A stretch of DNA of 63,440 nucleotides, filler included, from Rhabdomonas costata (taxonomy: Eukaryota), in NCBI GenBank assembly GCA_019059605.1. It is 51 parts of 51 records of this genome, joined end to end, with 100 filler letters (N's around TTAATTAATTAA, not from the genome) between each part and the next. Parts side by side here need not be neighbours in the genome. Positions count along the whole stretch, not along the records: positions 48,596 to 49,741 come from JAHMHO010026341.1; positions 49,842 to 50,987 come from JAHMHO010026342.1; positions 51,088 to 52,226 come from JAHMHO010026343.1; positions 52,327 to 53,472 come from JAHMHO010026344.1; positions 53,573 to 54,718 come from JAHMHO010026345.1; positions 54,819 to 55,964 come from JAHMHO010026346.1; positions 56,065 to 57,210 come from JAHMHO010026347.1; positions 57,311 to 58,456 come from JAHMHO010026348.1; 43 more parts are not named here. The stretch is one strand, 5' to 3'. The notes beneath the pieces are model-generated. The model was given only the letters and a program-made list of their open reading frames with translations. It did no database searches and was not told the DNA's origin. Positions 48,883 to 62,294 of the stretch are shown here, piece by piece. The position numbers were made by a program, and so were the translations under genes. Every line of letters begins with the position of its first letter. Positions within the stretch are counted from its first letter, which is position 1.

Positions 48883-49116
48883 ATCTCCACGCTGCGGTTC
48901 GCGGATCGAGCGAAGCAGATCAAGAACAAGCCGAAGATTCAGATGGACCCCAAGGACGCCAAGATTGCGGAGCTGATGGAGGAGATCGAGGACCTGAAGT
49001 TCCGCTTGCGGAAGTACGAGAACCCCAACGACCCCACCCTTCAGGAGGAGGAGGAGGAGAAGCAGGACGAGAACCTCGCTGACCGCCTGGCCCAGCTGGA
49101 GATGGATTTGGAGCAG
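48883..49116 (+). CDS. Kinesin: end of motor domain, neck and coiled coil (kinesin-2-like)
   Basis: [44 protein letters not shown] acceptor, GTGCTG donor, 78 codons. Confidence 0.9.
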
Positions 49117-49841
49117 GTGCTGTGCGAAAATGGGGTGGATGGGGGCTAGATTTCCACTGGTATTGTGCTTTCTACAATGGCTTCTGAATTGAGGGGGTCT
49201 CTAGGGGTCTCTTTCATTAGAAGAAACCCCGGGTTCTTCCATCCCATACCCCGGTGCTCTAGAGGTTGGGAGGGGGCCGGAAGTGAGTCGTAACGGTTTC
49301 CACTTTGGGGTCGTACCAAACCTTTAGCAGCTTTAACAGTACGTCATGCCCCACGCAGCGGAGATTATATAAACGGCACAACGTATGCACAAAAACACCT
49401 CAACTCGCGCCGAACGGCACTGTTCAGCTTTTCCTACCACAGTGTAAGGCCGCTATCATCTTCTCCTGGGTACCACTTGTCTTGTTCGCACCAAGATGCG
49501 ACAGGCGAGGTGTAGGAGGTGGTGGCACAGGAGGCGCTTCCAGCTCTACTGATCGCTGCAGCGGGGCAGGACGGCTAGCACATGAAAAGAATGAATGTGT
49601 CATTGAGAAAACCTGGAAAATGTGAAGAATTGCGTGGCATTCTGGGCTTCACGACAGAACCCGCTGACGCACCTGGGCGAAGAGTTACTGAGGCAGCCCC
49701 GATGAAGCCCGATGTGAAGGGACTCCTGTGCCACCACCACCNNNNNNNNNNNNNNNNNNNNNNNNNNNNNNNNNNNNNNNNNNNNTTAATTAATTAANNN
49801 NNNNNNNNNNNNNNNNNNNNNNNNNNNNNNNNNNNNNNNNN

Positions 49842-50987
49842 GGCTGTATCCTCGTCAAAAAAGGATAGCCCAGAACCACTGAAATTGCCGTCTGAATCAC
49901 TCCCAAGAACGACTTAATCGGCATGGTACCTAATTTTCAGACAATTTGCACAAAACTGTCACGAGGAGTCTTTCTCCATTCGCTAATCTCACCGTGAGTC
50001 TTTGCTGCAACGGGTACTTATGCAAGCGGAATCTCTGCACCACTTCTTGACTTATAAACAAATCTGAAGCTCCGGAATCTAACAGCGCTCTTACATGCGT
50101 ATTACTAATCCGCAACTGAAGTAACATCAATGGCTGAGAGAGTGGAGGGTCTGGAAGATCGGAAAGTAACCACACCCATTCCCCTACGTTCCTCTGGAAT
50201 GGCAAGACGAACAAAGGAACGGTAGTACTCCATGCCACTCTCCGAATACTGCTGACCTTTGCCTCTGCACACTCCTCTGACATCTCCTCTGAAAAGTCTT
50301 ACTCCACCACACTCCACTCACACAACTCTGTGGAACTTCATGGCTCAACTGACCACTTCCGAATCTTAGGCTAATGTCCCCCCTTACTCTTAAGGAGATT
50401 TCTCCTTCTGCACCCAACACCGTCAATTTGTGGTTTTTGACCTCTCTGGAAACCTCTGAAAGTGGATGGTGGCTCACAACCGCTAACTTAGCATTAGTAA
50501 TTCGTTGTCGGAACAACATTTCCCGCAATTCTTGTTTGCTTTGGACCGATTCCGGATCTTCCTTATTACTCCTCTGAGATTTCTGAACCAGTCCGGAACC
50601 GCTCCGCTCTGAACCAGACTTCAACACCATTAATGAGCCCGCTCGTGCACTTTCTGGATTATGGAAACTGGTCTGAGGCTCTGCCCTCTTCTTCTCAATT
50701 TGTTCCACGCTTGCCTCTGGAGTGGCACTCTGAATCTACTCTGAGGCTGCCTCCGGTGTCACTGAGACTGCTCAACATGATCAACTCTGGTTGATCTGAG
50801 CACAGGATCTGTTGGTCTCTGCAAAATTCTTAGCTGGAATGTTCCTGGAGCTCTCTGCACAACACTTGCGCTGGCTGGCGTCCTGACTGTGGACGAAGTG
50901 GGCCTCTTTGGTGGGGCGGGAGTGGCCCTGCCTCCTGCCCACACTAGTTTGACTGATCTACACTATTCTAAAATTCTCCAAAAAACC
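49842..50987 (-). mobile_element. Degenerate Ty3/gypsy LTR retrotransposon, gag-protease region
   Basis: Retropepsin VRALLDSGASDLFISQEVV...VRLANG and, after a frameshift, VVLGYPFL. Intronless, with stops and frameshifts. Confidence 0.85.
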
Positions 50988-51128
50988 NNNNNNNNNNNNN
51001 NNNNNNNNNNNNNNNNNNNNNNNNNNNNNNNTTAATTAATTAANNNNNNNNNNNNNNNNNNNNNNNNNNNNNNNNNNNNNNNNNNNNGTTTGTTTTTCTG
51101 CGTGCTGCCCTTACCCCAAAATGCCCAC

Positions 51129-51796
51129 CTCTTGGAGGGTCTTCGTCACGAAGGCGTGGTACAGCACCTCCCCGTCAGGGAAACCGTTGACGATCTTCGT
51201 CAGCTTCAGCGTCATCCGGGGGCCCTTGAGAAGACCAAAGAGAGACCGTTTTGGGGTAAGGGCAGCACGCAGAAAAACGAAACAACCGGGTGAGAGGAAG
51301 TCAGGAACGAAAGAAAGGAAATAGCGGTGGGGCTCCGAGCGAAAGCATACATTAAAAGACAAACGGACCACATCCGCTTTCCTTCGGCTTGGGTACGGGA
51401 GGAAAAATGCAAAGGCGGATTGAATGGAAGATGGTAAAGATCGAGCTTGTCATGCATCAAAAGAGGTCACACAAAAAGAACCTGAATCCCCACAGTTGGT
51501 TGGATGCGGGAACGGTGAAGGTGAGGAGAGAGAAAGGGTTTCCAAGAATGCCTGAAAACCCTTTTGCAACAGACTGAGAAGAAGGTATGATCTCCTCAGC
51601 TTTTCTGGGCTGGGGGATGCGGGATGCGTTCAATGGTGTTCGATTGGGTAATCCTGAAGACTGGTTGGATGTCAATGCGGTGTGTCGGGAGGGGAGAGGG
51701 TGTACCAGCTCTCTGAGGCGAATCCGTGCCCGCGAGCTGGCGGGTAGTTTTTCTGAAAGGGTCTGGCCAAGGACAACGTCCTGGGCCTCAGCCTCA
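51129..51796 (-). CDS. PPAN: Peter pan/Ssf1 Brix-domain ribosome biogenesis protein; 2 exons
   Basis: Exons 51796-51706 and 51224-51129 give SEAEAQDVVLGQ...RIRLRELGPRMTLKLTKIVNGFPDGEVLYHAFVTKT. Confidence 0.88.
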
Positions 51797-52870
51797 CTGC
51801 GGAGAGCGAAAAGCGATGGACCGCACGCAGAGGAAGCCGAAGGATTGCACACGGGCATCGAAGAAACCCCCCACAACATGAGTGTATTTCGAAACGAGAA
51901 AAACAAGGATCCCGGCAAATTGTGCAGAACCAAATTCAGCTCATTGAGGAAAAAATAGAAGCTTGCCCGAATCACGTCCACAAGACAAATACAGCGATTC
52001 CTCCTGGAGGAAAGGGGTGTCCTCCTCCCAGCACTGCTGCACACAAGGCAAGTATCTAAAGATTCTTCAGTACTCCGTTCGCCCCAGAGTGTGTGATGTG
52101 AAGCCAAAGTGAAGCGCCGGCACGGCATTTTGACAGGGAATAGGCAAACAGTGCATGTTCCCCTCAATGTTTTTACGCAATGCCCCCCCCATACACACAG
52201 CCAGTAACAAGTCCACCCAAAACACANNNNNNNNNNNNNNNNNNNNNNNNNNNNNNNNNNNNNNNNNNNNTTAATTAATTAANNNNNNNNNNNNNNNNNN
52301 NNNNNNNNNNNNNNNNNNNNNNNNNNTTGTTTGGGTTGTGTTGTGTGTGTATGTGTGTGCTTGTGGGAGAGAAATAAACCTTTCTCTGTCGTCATCTTAA
52401 GTCTCGCCACTTCTCGAGACTCCGGCATTTAATGTGGCCCCCATGTTCCTGGTTGGGATGGGGCCACGGTTGCCTTTATCCTAATGACCAGCGTGGAAAT
52501 GCATTCGAGCCGATTTTGTGGAATTTGGATTGCAGAGTTGCTTTGCACTTCGAGTTCAGGACAGTTTACATCGCCGTATGCAAGAAGAATGGTTTCTGTA
52601 AACGGCAGTTCTTTTTGTCCTCAAGTTCTCACGAAGGCCTTATAAACACGCAATCCCTGAGCCCTATCTGCCATCGTGGGCGCCACGCTTCAAAGCACCC
52701 AAGCAAACAAGGCCTTCTTTGTGAATTAAGTGTTCGAGACTAACTCCAGATTACTGGTTTCCCTTACTACCATAAAAAGAAGGGTGGCGAGCCCCAAAAG
52801 AAGGGTTGGCGTGTCCCAGTGACCAGTTGGAGTGTAGGTCTGTGTGAAGTTCTCTCCCGGGTGCCGGCAG

Positions 52871-53099
52871 GTTCTGTCGCTGATTCGCCGGAGGGGTGCC
52901 CACATGGTGCTGCACGCTGGGGACCTGGATTACCGCGGCCACCCCGAGCTCTTTCAGGCCCAACTCGACGCCCACCTGGGCGCCGGGTTCCCGTATTTCT
53001 ACGCCCCAGGGGACCATGACGTAAAGCGGTGGTACAGCCCCGGGGGTTACCAGGAGAGGCTGGCCCACCGCCTTAACAAAACAGGCGCATTGTGCAACG
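52871..53099 (+). CDS. Calcineurin-like metallophosphoesterase exon
   Basis: VLHAGDLDY and YFYAPGDHD correspond to the GDxxY and GNH(D/E) motifs; GGCAG acceptor and GTGCGC donor. Confidence 0.8.
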
Positions 53100-53678
53100 G
53101 TGCGCATCTGTATTTTTGACGGAAGGGAAAAGAGAGAGGGAAAAATTCAAAATATGGAGAAAAGGCCGGATGCTCGCCAGAGATCCCCTTACTGATCTTC
53201 AGCTATTGCTCGCCATGGTTGTGATCACCCGAGCTCCAAAGAGCAACTGAGAAAAGCTGCATAACTACAGCACTTGGCAGCATAGAGCACCAAAATAAAG
53301 ATGAATTTGAATGAACTCATTCCATCTCTCTTCTGGAACCAGCGCATTTTCCCAGTCAGCGTTTTCTCTCCTTCTGATCTGATCTGATCATTGTAGCCCT
53401 CCTCTCTGCTCCGCGTCTTGCTTAAATGTTGCAGTTGCAGTTGCAGTTTGGAGCTCGGGTGACCACACCAACNNNNNNNNNNNNNNNNNNNNNNNNNNNN
53501 NNNNNNNNNNNNNNNNTTAATTAATTAANNNNNNNNNNNNNNNNNNNNNNNNNNNNNNNNNNNNNNNNNNNNGTTTTTGGGGGACATGGACGAAAATGTG
53601 GCAGACTGTTCCTGCGCGTGAGTTTTTTCAGAAGTCAGTCAACCCGCAAGGAGGAAGGGGGGGGGGGCTTTTGCAGAC

Positions 53679-53772
53679 CCGCTGGCAGTCGGAGGGAAAG
53701 CCTTTAAGCAGATCGGCGTATTCCTTCTCCTTGCACAGGAACTGGGCGTGGAAGTCCTTCACGGGCTTGATT
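53679..53772 (-). CDS. Possible short internal exon, hypothetical protein
   Basis: CCCAG acceptor, GTCTGC donor, GC3-rich IKPVKDFHAQFLCKEKEYADLLKGFPSDCQR. Confidence 0.4.
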
Positions 53773-56700
53773 CTGGGTGGCACATGGTGCAAACATAACA
53801 GCGGCAATGATCTGACAGATGCATACAACATAGACAGAACACTTCAAAAAAACGGAGCAGACGCAACCGAAACCGACCCACATAGGGACCATAGTCACAT
53901 ATGAGAGAGGGGAGGGTGGTGGTGGTGGTGGGGAGGCAAAAGAGTACGATCGGTGGTGATGAGATCCCCAACAACAACCACAGTCCAGCGAAAAACAAAA
54001 AATGTGAGCGATCCAATCTCATTCTGAGCAGAGTGTCGAGAGGGCGCCCCTCCTCCACACAGTCGGTGAAAGTCGATTTTGAAACGCACACACATACATA
54101 ATACAACCAACTTGGCCCGCTTCACACTAGAGTGAGAGTTTTAGAAATCCAACGAAAACAACATGAAAAGCGTCAATACAACGAAGTAGTAGCTCCTGCA
54201 AAACTTTTCACCCCGATTAAAGCCGGCGCTGGCGAATGGCGGAACCCACCCCAGCCGCCCTCATACCCCACACTTTTCTTGCCGCACAGGAAGCACACGA
54301 GCATGAGGTGCAATGAAAATGGTCTTTCGCAGGCTGCAAAGGTTGCGTCTGCGAGAAGCACTCTGCACACTCTGTTGCCAGCAGGCTCGTCCCAAATAAC
54401 AGCGATGGGTGAATACAGAGAACGAGATGGACCACTTGATCCTCATTAGTTTGAATGGGAGCCGTGTTTGAGCAGCACGGTACAGTCTGCGCATGTCTCC
54501 ACAAATCTCCACCTCCACCTCAACCCAACGCAATACCACGCAGGTCAAGCACACAAACATACTCGCGCTGCAGGTTAGAGACAAGGCAACGCTCGAGGTC
54601 CAACTGCACCTGCGTTGCCTGGATGCCCCCCTGCATCTCAGAAATCTTGACAATTTACAGGAAGGAACGCGAGAGGGAGATAGCAGGGGTGAACCAAGCA
54701 CATAAGAAACAAACACAANNNNNNNNNNNNNNNNNNNNNNNNNNNNNNNNNNNNNNNNNNNNTTAATTAATTAANNNNNNNNNNNNNNNNNNNNNNNNNN
54801 NNNNNNNNNNNNNNNNNNTCGTGTTCGCTTCACAGTGTGTCATACAGGGAAGAAAAACAAAGCTGTGTCACAGTGGACGCAAGGGAAGGGGAGGGGGGTG
54901 TCATTTTATGCACACCTATTAGGCAGTCTGGTCCGCTTCTTGTCACCACCTTCAAATGCTCTGCCTTTGCGATTGACACGCAAAGGCACGGACACGGGCC
55001 TAATCACACATCTGTTCTTCGCAGTGCCATTCCTTGAAGAAGGATGACAATCGCATGGGCCCCACCTTGTACGGCATTTTTGGCAAGCAGGCAGGCACTC
55101 AGCCCGGGTTTTACTACTCGCAGGCCAACGCTGAGGCAGGTGTTTGGACGGGGTGGGAAGCGGGGTTCGTGTAGGTGCATACACAAATTTGTCGTTCAGG
55201 GGGGGGGTGTTCCAGCCCCAAGCCCTGCGAAGCCCCAAGGTCGCACCAATCGTCAGAAGTCACCCATGAAATACTGCGGTAGGACCACTTTCTTCGGTTC
55301 AAATCTTCACTCTATTTGCTGGGTGACTTGAGCGGGAGCAGGAGGACCTGGCACAGATCGGAATACTTGGTGGGATGGTAATGGTGGGGTTGTGTTTCCC
55401 CTGTTATGGCAACGTGATTCAAATTTGCTTTTTTTCAAGTGCCTTTGCGATCGCGATTTCACAGGCTTATAGGGGTGCACTGCATATTAGCATTAGCCAA
55501 AAGCCTTAACTCCTTGGAGTACTTAATGCTGGATCGGGGTGGGCCGGAATGCTTCGGTTTTAGACTGCCTCGCGATGATCTCTGGCATGGCACGTTAGAA
55601 TTGGTCCTCGTTGTTCCTCATTACTTTACTTTGTCCACCGTAGGTTTCTATTGGGACGACCTCACCATGTTTTACTTTCTGGTAAACCAGTGCACTCCAC
55701 CCCTCCGCTACATCTGCCTTCTTTTTTGATTGGTACTATTGCGCCTCAGTCGAAGCGTGCACAGAGAAGCGAACATGGACTTCGAGTTCAAAACAAAACC
55801 TGTACACGACATGCATCGCAATGATTCGTGTGCTGTTCCCAGTTCTGCCGCTGAAACGCCTTTCCCTAAGATCAAAAGAGAATGGTTTACTGTCCCCCTC
55901 TCAAACACATGGTAACAGACGTCCCCGCAGATCGTTCCACTCGCTTCCCTCTCACCCCCAACACNNNNNNNNNNNNNNNNNNNNNNNNNNNNNNNNNNNN
56001 NNNNNNNNTTAATTAATTAANNNNNNNNNNNNNNNNNNNNNNNNNNNNNNNNNNNNNNNNNNNNGGTGTTTGGTACCTGTGGGTGCTTTTGTTTTGCCCC
56101 TTATAAATAGCACGGGCGCTTCATGGGTGTGAGTGTGCCATTTTGCCTTTCACAGCTTTTCCATGCGCTGATCTCGGCTTCGGGATGCATCTCTTTTGCT
56201 CTGTTCTAGCGGTGTTGTTCTTCTTCAGCTCGCACCATGGTTACACTGCGCTTTTCCAAGGCCTTCTTCTCAACTGGATCTGCTGGCCGTGACCTTGCTG
56301 CCTTAACCTTCCGCATGCTGCACTTTGCCGCCACATTCCTGTCATCACTGGGATGCTTTCCACGGCCTTCTCGCTCAACTTCTTCAATCCTGCGCGGCCA
56401 ACTCGTCGTGTGCTCAGCTCTGCGGCCTTGTCCTCTTCAACTGCGTCCTTTCAAACGGCTCTCCTCCGTCATACTGCGCCTTCTCCTTCTTGTTTTCCGC
56501 CGCCTCTGCTGCCGGCAATCTGCTCAAACCTTTACATTGACAGCCTCTGCTCCCAAACTCTCTTTCTGAACCTATTCCCGGAGAAATCTGCTTTCCACAT
56601 TTGCTTCTCGACCGGCCTTGCTTTGTGCAACTGCCATATTCCAAAAACTGTCCTTACGTACTGTGTGTGGTGCGGAATTTCTTGATAACGTTAAAAGCCC

Positions 56701-57968
56701 CTTGCCAACTTCTGCCACCAACCAAGCTTCCAAGCTACTATAAAATTCTCGTCTGACTCGTGAAGTTGTTTTTTACCCTCTACTACAAAACGTTTTTCCA
56801 CGACGCAAAAAGCACTACCGGCTTCTTAGACATTAACGACTTGCTCAGGCAGTTGAGGCCATGCCTTTTACGCGTTCCGCGCGGTACCGGTGACGTTCTC
56901 GTGGCCTGACGCCACTATCGAGAGGAACTTTCCAGGCCTTTAGGGCCTCCGCGCCCCTTCGAGATTTTGAAATAATTTTGAAAGAAGCGGGTTGGAAAAC
57001 GCGTCGACGGAGAATGCGCCCCCCAAAAACCGGAAGTGTCGGAACGACAACTCAAAATAATGCCGCGGAACTTCCGGAAATGCAAGTGGATGATAATGGG
57101 GGGTGGAAACTGGGAACCGGAGGAATGAGGAAGAATGAAATTTAAGATGCATGCCAATGGGAACATGAAAAAGCACACCACGGGAGCCGATTTTCGATTG
57201 CACCAACAACNNNNNNNNNNNNNNNNNNNNNNNNNNNNNNNNNNNNNNNNNNNNTTAATTAATTAANNNNNNNNNNNNNNNNNNNNNNNNNNNNNNNNNN
57301 NNNNNNNNNNTGTGTTTCCGAAAAGGCAGCACATGGGCAGTCTCTTCGAACCACATCAAACAAGCCTGCGATTTTTTCGCGATGATAGGATAAAGGATGC
57401 CATGGAGGACCAGTGACTTCCCTTTCCCCAATGAACCGCGCGTTTTGGTGTTGTTATTTGGCTGTAGGGTGTTCAGCTGAACTAAGACTAGCTCCACCCG
57501 GAAACCGAGAAATTAGTCTGTAACATTCCAAACAGAAGCCTTTTGCCCTGGTCTCTACATCGGTGTGTAAGTGGAGATAAGCGCAGTCCATAGCGCAGGG
57601 TTTGGCCTGGGAGACAACATACGGTATGGAAATGAGGTTTGCGCGCCAAAGACGGGGATTTTTTGAGTAAATTTCCGGTCCTTTCAGACTTTTAGTGAAG
57701 TTAGTCAAGTTTCGGCGTAAAGAACCGTCTTTTTTGAAGGCGACATGGACGTGTTTCTGATCTATGGAGTGCACCTTCAACCTCAAACCTCAGCGGACAC
57801 GCTATCGCCCTCTGCGCATCAGCCCTGAAATAGAGCACACGCAGAAACAGCTGAGTGCGGGGGAGGGAAGAAGACGATAATAATGCAGCTACCCGAGAGA
57901 AGGAACCAAAACACTCAGAGCAGATACACACTACAAGGGGAGTCAGAGGGATGGGACAGGAAAGACAC

Positions 57969-58217
57969 ATGCCCTCGGTGTGGTTGACGACGATCTCCTC
58001 CTGGGAGTTGGTGTACGGGAAGAATGCGATGTACGCGATCTGCAGCGGGTGCTTAACCACGAGCTCGAACACCACCCCGTTGCCGCTCGCCGGGACCTCT
58101 AGCAGGGTGCTGTACAGGAACGGCCCCAGCCGCCGCCCGCAGGCCTCCACCAGCTCGGCCACCATGAAGAAGTCCGCCTCCGCGCGCAGCGCACGGAGCT
58201 CCCTCTGGTTGTACCCT
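57969..58217 (-). CDS. KCTD-type BTB/POZ protein exon (end of BTB plus downstream domain)
   Basis: ELRALRAEADFFMVAELVEAC matches LxxEAxFFxLxxL; GC3-rich. Boundaries approximate. Confidence 0.7.
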
Positions 58218-58556
58218 CTGCACAGCCCAGGGGGAGTAAATGCCCATATGTCTGACGTGATGGGCACTCAAAACTGCGGCGCTCGGGAAAGGCCCCCTCG
58301 TTCCTGGTCGCCCACCTGCTCACCACCATGTGAACTGTGAAACCTTCCCCTGCCCTACCGTTGCAGCGGTTGTCCCTCTCATCGTGATGAAGGTGAGGCG
58401 CGATGTGATGTAGTATGGGAAATCTGCGCCCACCCACATTAACTCACCCAAACCCCNNNNNNNNNNNNNNNNNNNNNNNNNNNNNNNNNNNNNNNNNNNN
58501 TTAATTAATTAANNNNNNNNNNNNNNNNNNNNNNNNNNNNNNNNNNNNNNNNNNNN

Positions 58557-58960
58557 GGGGTTTTGTGCAGAGGAAGGTGAGGTGGTTCCAGAGAGTTTAG
58601 AGGTTCCTGCTAGACCAGAGGAGTATGACCTGGAAGCTTAGGACGAAGCGTTCACAGACGCAGAGCTTCCAGTAGGTGACGAGATTGTGGCAGCCGAACC
58701 ATAGCCCAGATAGCCAAGAAAGTCCAGAGCCAGATTTAGAGAGGTAAGTGAAGACGGCTCAGAGAGTGGATTGCCCTGTTTACAGACCAGAGCCGTACGC
58801 GGAACCACAGGTGGAGGAGGTTTCACACAAAGCCAGAGCTTGAGGAGACCGTATTGGATAGCGGATGAACGATTTGGGCAGAACGCAGTTCAAGGGCCCC
58901 CTGGTGGTCTTTTGATGTACATTTTGAGGACTTTCCTGATGGTGTGACGGATGATGTGTC
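58557..58960 (+). mobile_element. Possible 3' remnant of an LTR retrotransposon
   Basis: Decayed acidic ORF with the same CAGAG-rich bias as the gypsy contig at 49842-50987, ending TTGAGGAC...GG then TGTGACGG (58943), a possible LTR start. Confidence 0.3.
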
Positions 58961-58962
58961 TT

Positions 58963-59115
58963 GCTCTGTTCCCCAAAGCTTTGGTGTTCTCATCCCACCT
59001 CTCTACTATTTTCTTGATGTTCCACGCCGCCCATGCTACTGCTTTTCAATTTGTTTACGATGGACCTTCGGCAGCGCCCCTCTTGCCTTGCTCACTTGTT
59101 AACTTGATCAACTTG
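58963..59115 (+). repeat. Dispersed ~155-bp repeat, copy 2
   Basis: Near-identical to 43224-43379. Confidence 0.92.
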
Positions 59116-60665
59116 TGTTGAAGTCGTCCATAATTCCCTTTTCCCTTACCCCCCTCTTTCTTCTTCTTCTTCTTTGTGTTCCTGCACGGTCTGTTGAACT
59201 CTTTGGACATTTTGGTGCTGGGATGCCCCTCAAAAATCGGATACAAAGCACAAAAGTAGTAGAGTACTAGAGAGCACAATTGCACAAGGCCACAAATTAG
59301 CAAACACCGTTAAATTACTGTTTACCTTATACAATTGTGGATGACATCGAAGTGCAAATGTGGTGCTAAGATAAAAACTTTAGCACAAAAAATGTCCGCT
59401 TAAGAACTGATAAATTTATATGGAACAAGCAAATCGAGCACACGTTTGGTAAAAAAAAATGCCAGGGCAGCAGCCGCCTTAGATGGATCAATCGTGGGAG
59501 TTCATGTTGAAACGCAACAGCCAACCATGCAAACGGACTTGCTGACACGGACCCATCAAGTTGCATTACTGCCTGACCCGACCCCTCTACCAAGTGTGGG
59601 ACACCTTTGTGGCTTGCACAATGGGCAATCTGACGGCTGTCTCCTGGTTTCTCGCTCGCTTCGTGGGACCTTGGATCTGGATCTGCATTTACCACAACCA
59701 CCNNNNNNNNNNNNNNNNNNNNNNNNNNNNNNNNNNNNNNNNNNNNTTAATTAATTAANNNNNNNNNNNNNNNNNNNNNNNNNNNNNNNNNNNNNNNNNN
59801 NNAACAACAGCAGCTCCTCTGAACCAGGAAATGAGTGAGTGTGTTCCGTGTTCTGAAGTGTTGGGTGACTACAAGAATGAGCACAACGTCCACCAAACCA
59901 TCAAACGGAAGGACGAAACTGAATGGTCAGGAGCCCGATGTCTTGAATATGGCTGACGGTGTTTGAATAACTTCAACAGCGAACCCAAATAAAAAGTGAA
60001 CGAGAGAGAGACAGCGAACGACAGACCAATTGGTTATTGCGTAACTCAGCGCAGTAGTGGAAAAGGTTGTGTAGAACAAAAAGGAGTAGGGTACATAGAA
60101 GTCACAAAGACGGTAGGCTGCCGAAGCATACCTCCCGGGCGCCAAATGCGAAAGAAAAGCCCCGCAGGGCCTGCTCTTGGTCCTCGTCGATCATGTGCAT
60201 CATAAATTTAATCACCTGAGTGCGGAGCGGGGAATTCTGGAATGATCCACAAAAGCACCGGCAGTCTGAAACATTGAGGAACCAGAGTGCAAATGTTGGG
60301 ATGCAACGTTTACCAAAATTTCTCATTGTGTTCAATAACACCAAAAACGGCATAGGTTCCGTCGTTGAACATCCGTTTCGTGCGCCGAGAAGCGGCGCAA
60401 AAGGGATGGAAAAGAGCCGCCATGGGTAATCATTACCGACCGAGGGTGAAAACTCCGAACCCCAGGAATGTCCACACACAGCGTTTCGGGAAGTTTGCTG
60501 AAAATACAAAAGCATGCGTCGTTGTTTAATTAACATTTTCAACTGAAAAACCGTTCTACTATCATTGGCTAATTTCTGCTGTGACATCCGGAATAGCCAC
60601 GATCAATTTTGCACAGCAGTATGCCTCAGAGCCGACACCAAAGTCAAGGAAGACAACAGAGATAC

Positions 60666-60798
60666 CTTGGAGAAAGAGGGCGGGCACGGGAAGGTGTCCG
60701 AGCCCTGCGGCACGGTGTACTCGAAGACGCACTGCTCGTCGCCCTTCTCCGTTCGCAGACTGCCCACACACACGGACTGGTTTCCCTCCCACGGCTCG
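60666..60798 (-). CDS. Internal exon, hypothetical protein
   Basis: T-rich AACAG acceptor, AAG|GTATCT donor, EPWEGNQSVCVGSLRTEKGDEQCVFEYTVPQGSDTFPCPPSFSK. Confidence 0.5.
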
Positions 60799-61048
60799 CT
60801 GTTCGAAAAAAAAAAAAGGAAAACCAAAGAGCCCCGAGCTCTTCTCTCTTCCCTCAAGATCGGCAGACTTTTAGCACCTCGAAACCCAAATCGGTAAAAT
60901 ACTCGCATCTACCAGCACCACGAAAGCACTTGGGCAAGAACAAACCACNNNNNNNNNNNNNNNNNNNNNNNNNNNNNNNNNNNNNNNNNNNNTTAATTAA
61001 TTAANNNNNNNNNNNNNNNNNNNNNNNNNNNNNNNNNNNNNNNNNNNN

Positions 61049-61996
61049 TGCGCGTCGATCCACTGCACCCCATTCTCACCCGCCTTGGAAAGCAACTTCC
61101 ACGAGGAGCCCTCGGACTCCAGCCCTACCCACCCACAGTACCCCACCTCAAAGACCATCACGGCGGGGTCTACCAGGTTCACCGCGGCGGAGACGGCGTC
61201 GCCGTGGGTGACCAGAACGACGTCCCCCTCCAGGGTGCCCAGGGACAGTACAAGTCTAAGAAAAGCAGCCTGGAAGCGTGCCGCGGACGTGCCGCCGATG
61301 CCGCGGGTTTCCCCCCAGCTGGGCATCTCCTCAGATGTGGGCGCAGGGTCCAACCTACGAAGGAAGGAAGGAAGGGAGGGAGGGAGAGCGTCTCAGCCAA
61401 GGAACTGCTATACTGAACACTATTGCACAGGCATCCGTTCAACAGTAAGATCGAAACGGAAGTATCATTCTCACACCTGGGGGCTGAAGCCGAGGAGCGC
61501 CGGGTCTTCAGTTCCAGTACAAATGAGGCGAAAAAAAGGCTGCGAGGCCCCTTTGGGCAGCTCTTTTTTATCTCTCTCACTTGTGCCATAAGGCTGATAT
61601 TTGCTGTGACACCCACCAACCTGACGGCTAAAGGAAGGAAAGGGAGATAGGGAGGAAACGGAATGTGTAATTGATTTCCAAGAGAGAGAGAGAGTGTGTG
61701 TGTGTGTGACGAAAAGAGGGAAAGAGTTGAAGCAGTCGTGTAGAATGAATGTGAACACCTGTTCAAAGTCCGTTGGCACGGAGGCTGGGAGACGGGCGGG
61801 GCGGCGCACGACAGACCTGGGGCAGGCAGAGATGAACTGCTGTATCGGCAGCACCAACTGGGCAGGAGTGGCACAGCCCTCAGCCCTTTTAATGACAGTG
61901 CGGGAGCAAACTTCACTGAGGCCATTGTCCACCTTGGCCAGGCTCCGGAAGCAGTCCCCCAGACCCTCCAAAATCCCCACCGTGGTCTCCACACAC
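61049..61996 (-). CDS. Histidine phosphatase (phosphoglycerate-mutase-like) protein; 2 exons
   Basis: Exon 61996-61817 (RCVETT...VDNGLSE) and exon 61354-61049 (PSWGET...ARF...VVLVTHGDAV...VFEVGYCG) join in phase 2. Confidence 0.85.
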
Positions 61997-62294
61997 CTGA
62001 GTAAGGAAACGACGCGGCAAGGGAGAAATAGGGAACCAACGTTTAACACTTTCCGCATACGCTCCTGGTTAATGTCAGCTTCCACCGCCGTACAATATTT
62101 AGTACTGCAAGAGAGAGAGTGGGTAGGGCGAAGAGTAGAGCGAGGGAGCGGGTTGGCTTAATGAAAGCTCCTTATTGCGCGTCCCCCACAAAACNNNNNN
62201 NNNNNNNNNNNNNNNNNNNNNNNNNNNNNNNNNNNNNNTTAATTAATTAANNNNNNNNNNNNNNNNNNNNNNNNNNNNNNNNNNNNNNNNNNNN

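Noticed and set aside
55560-55715. Minus-strand DVAEGWSALVYQ...GEVVPI as retroelement RNase H
   Set aside because: Only a weak partial resemblance, with no supporting RT or integrase motifs.
56100-56910. TATAAATA followed by C/T-rich broken ORFs as a viral or retroelement gene
   Set aside because: No recognisable motif in any frame, so it cannot be supported without a search.
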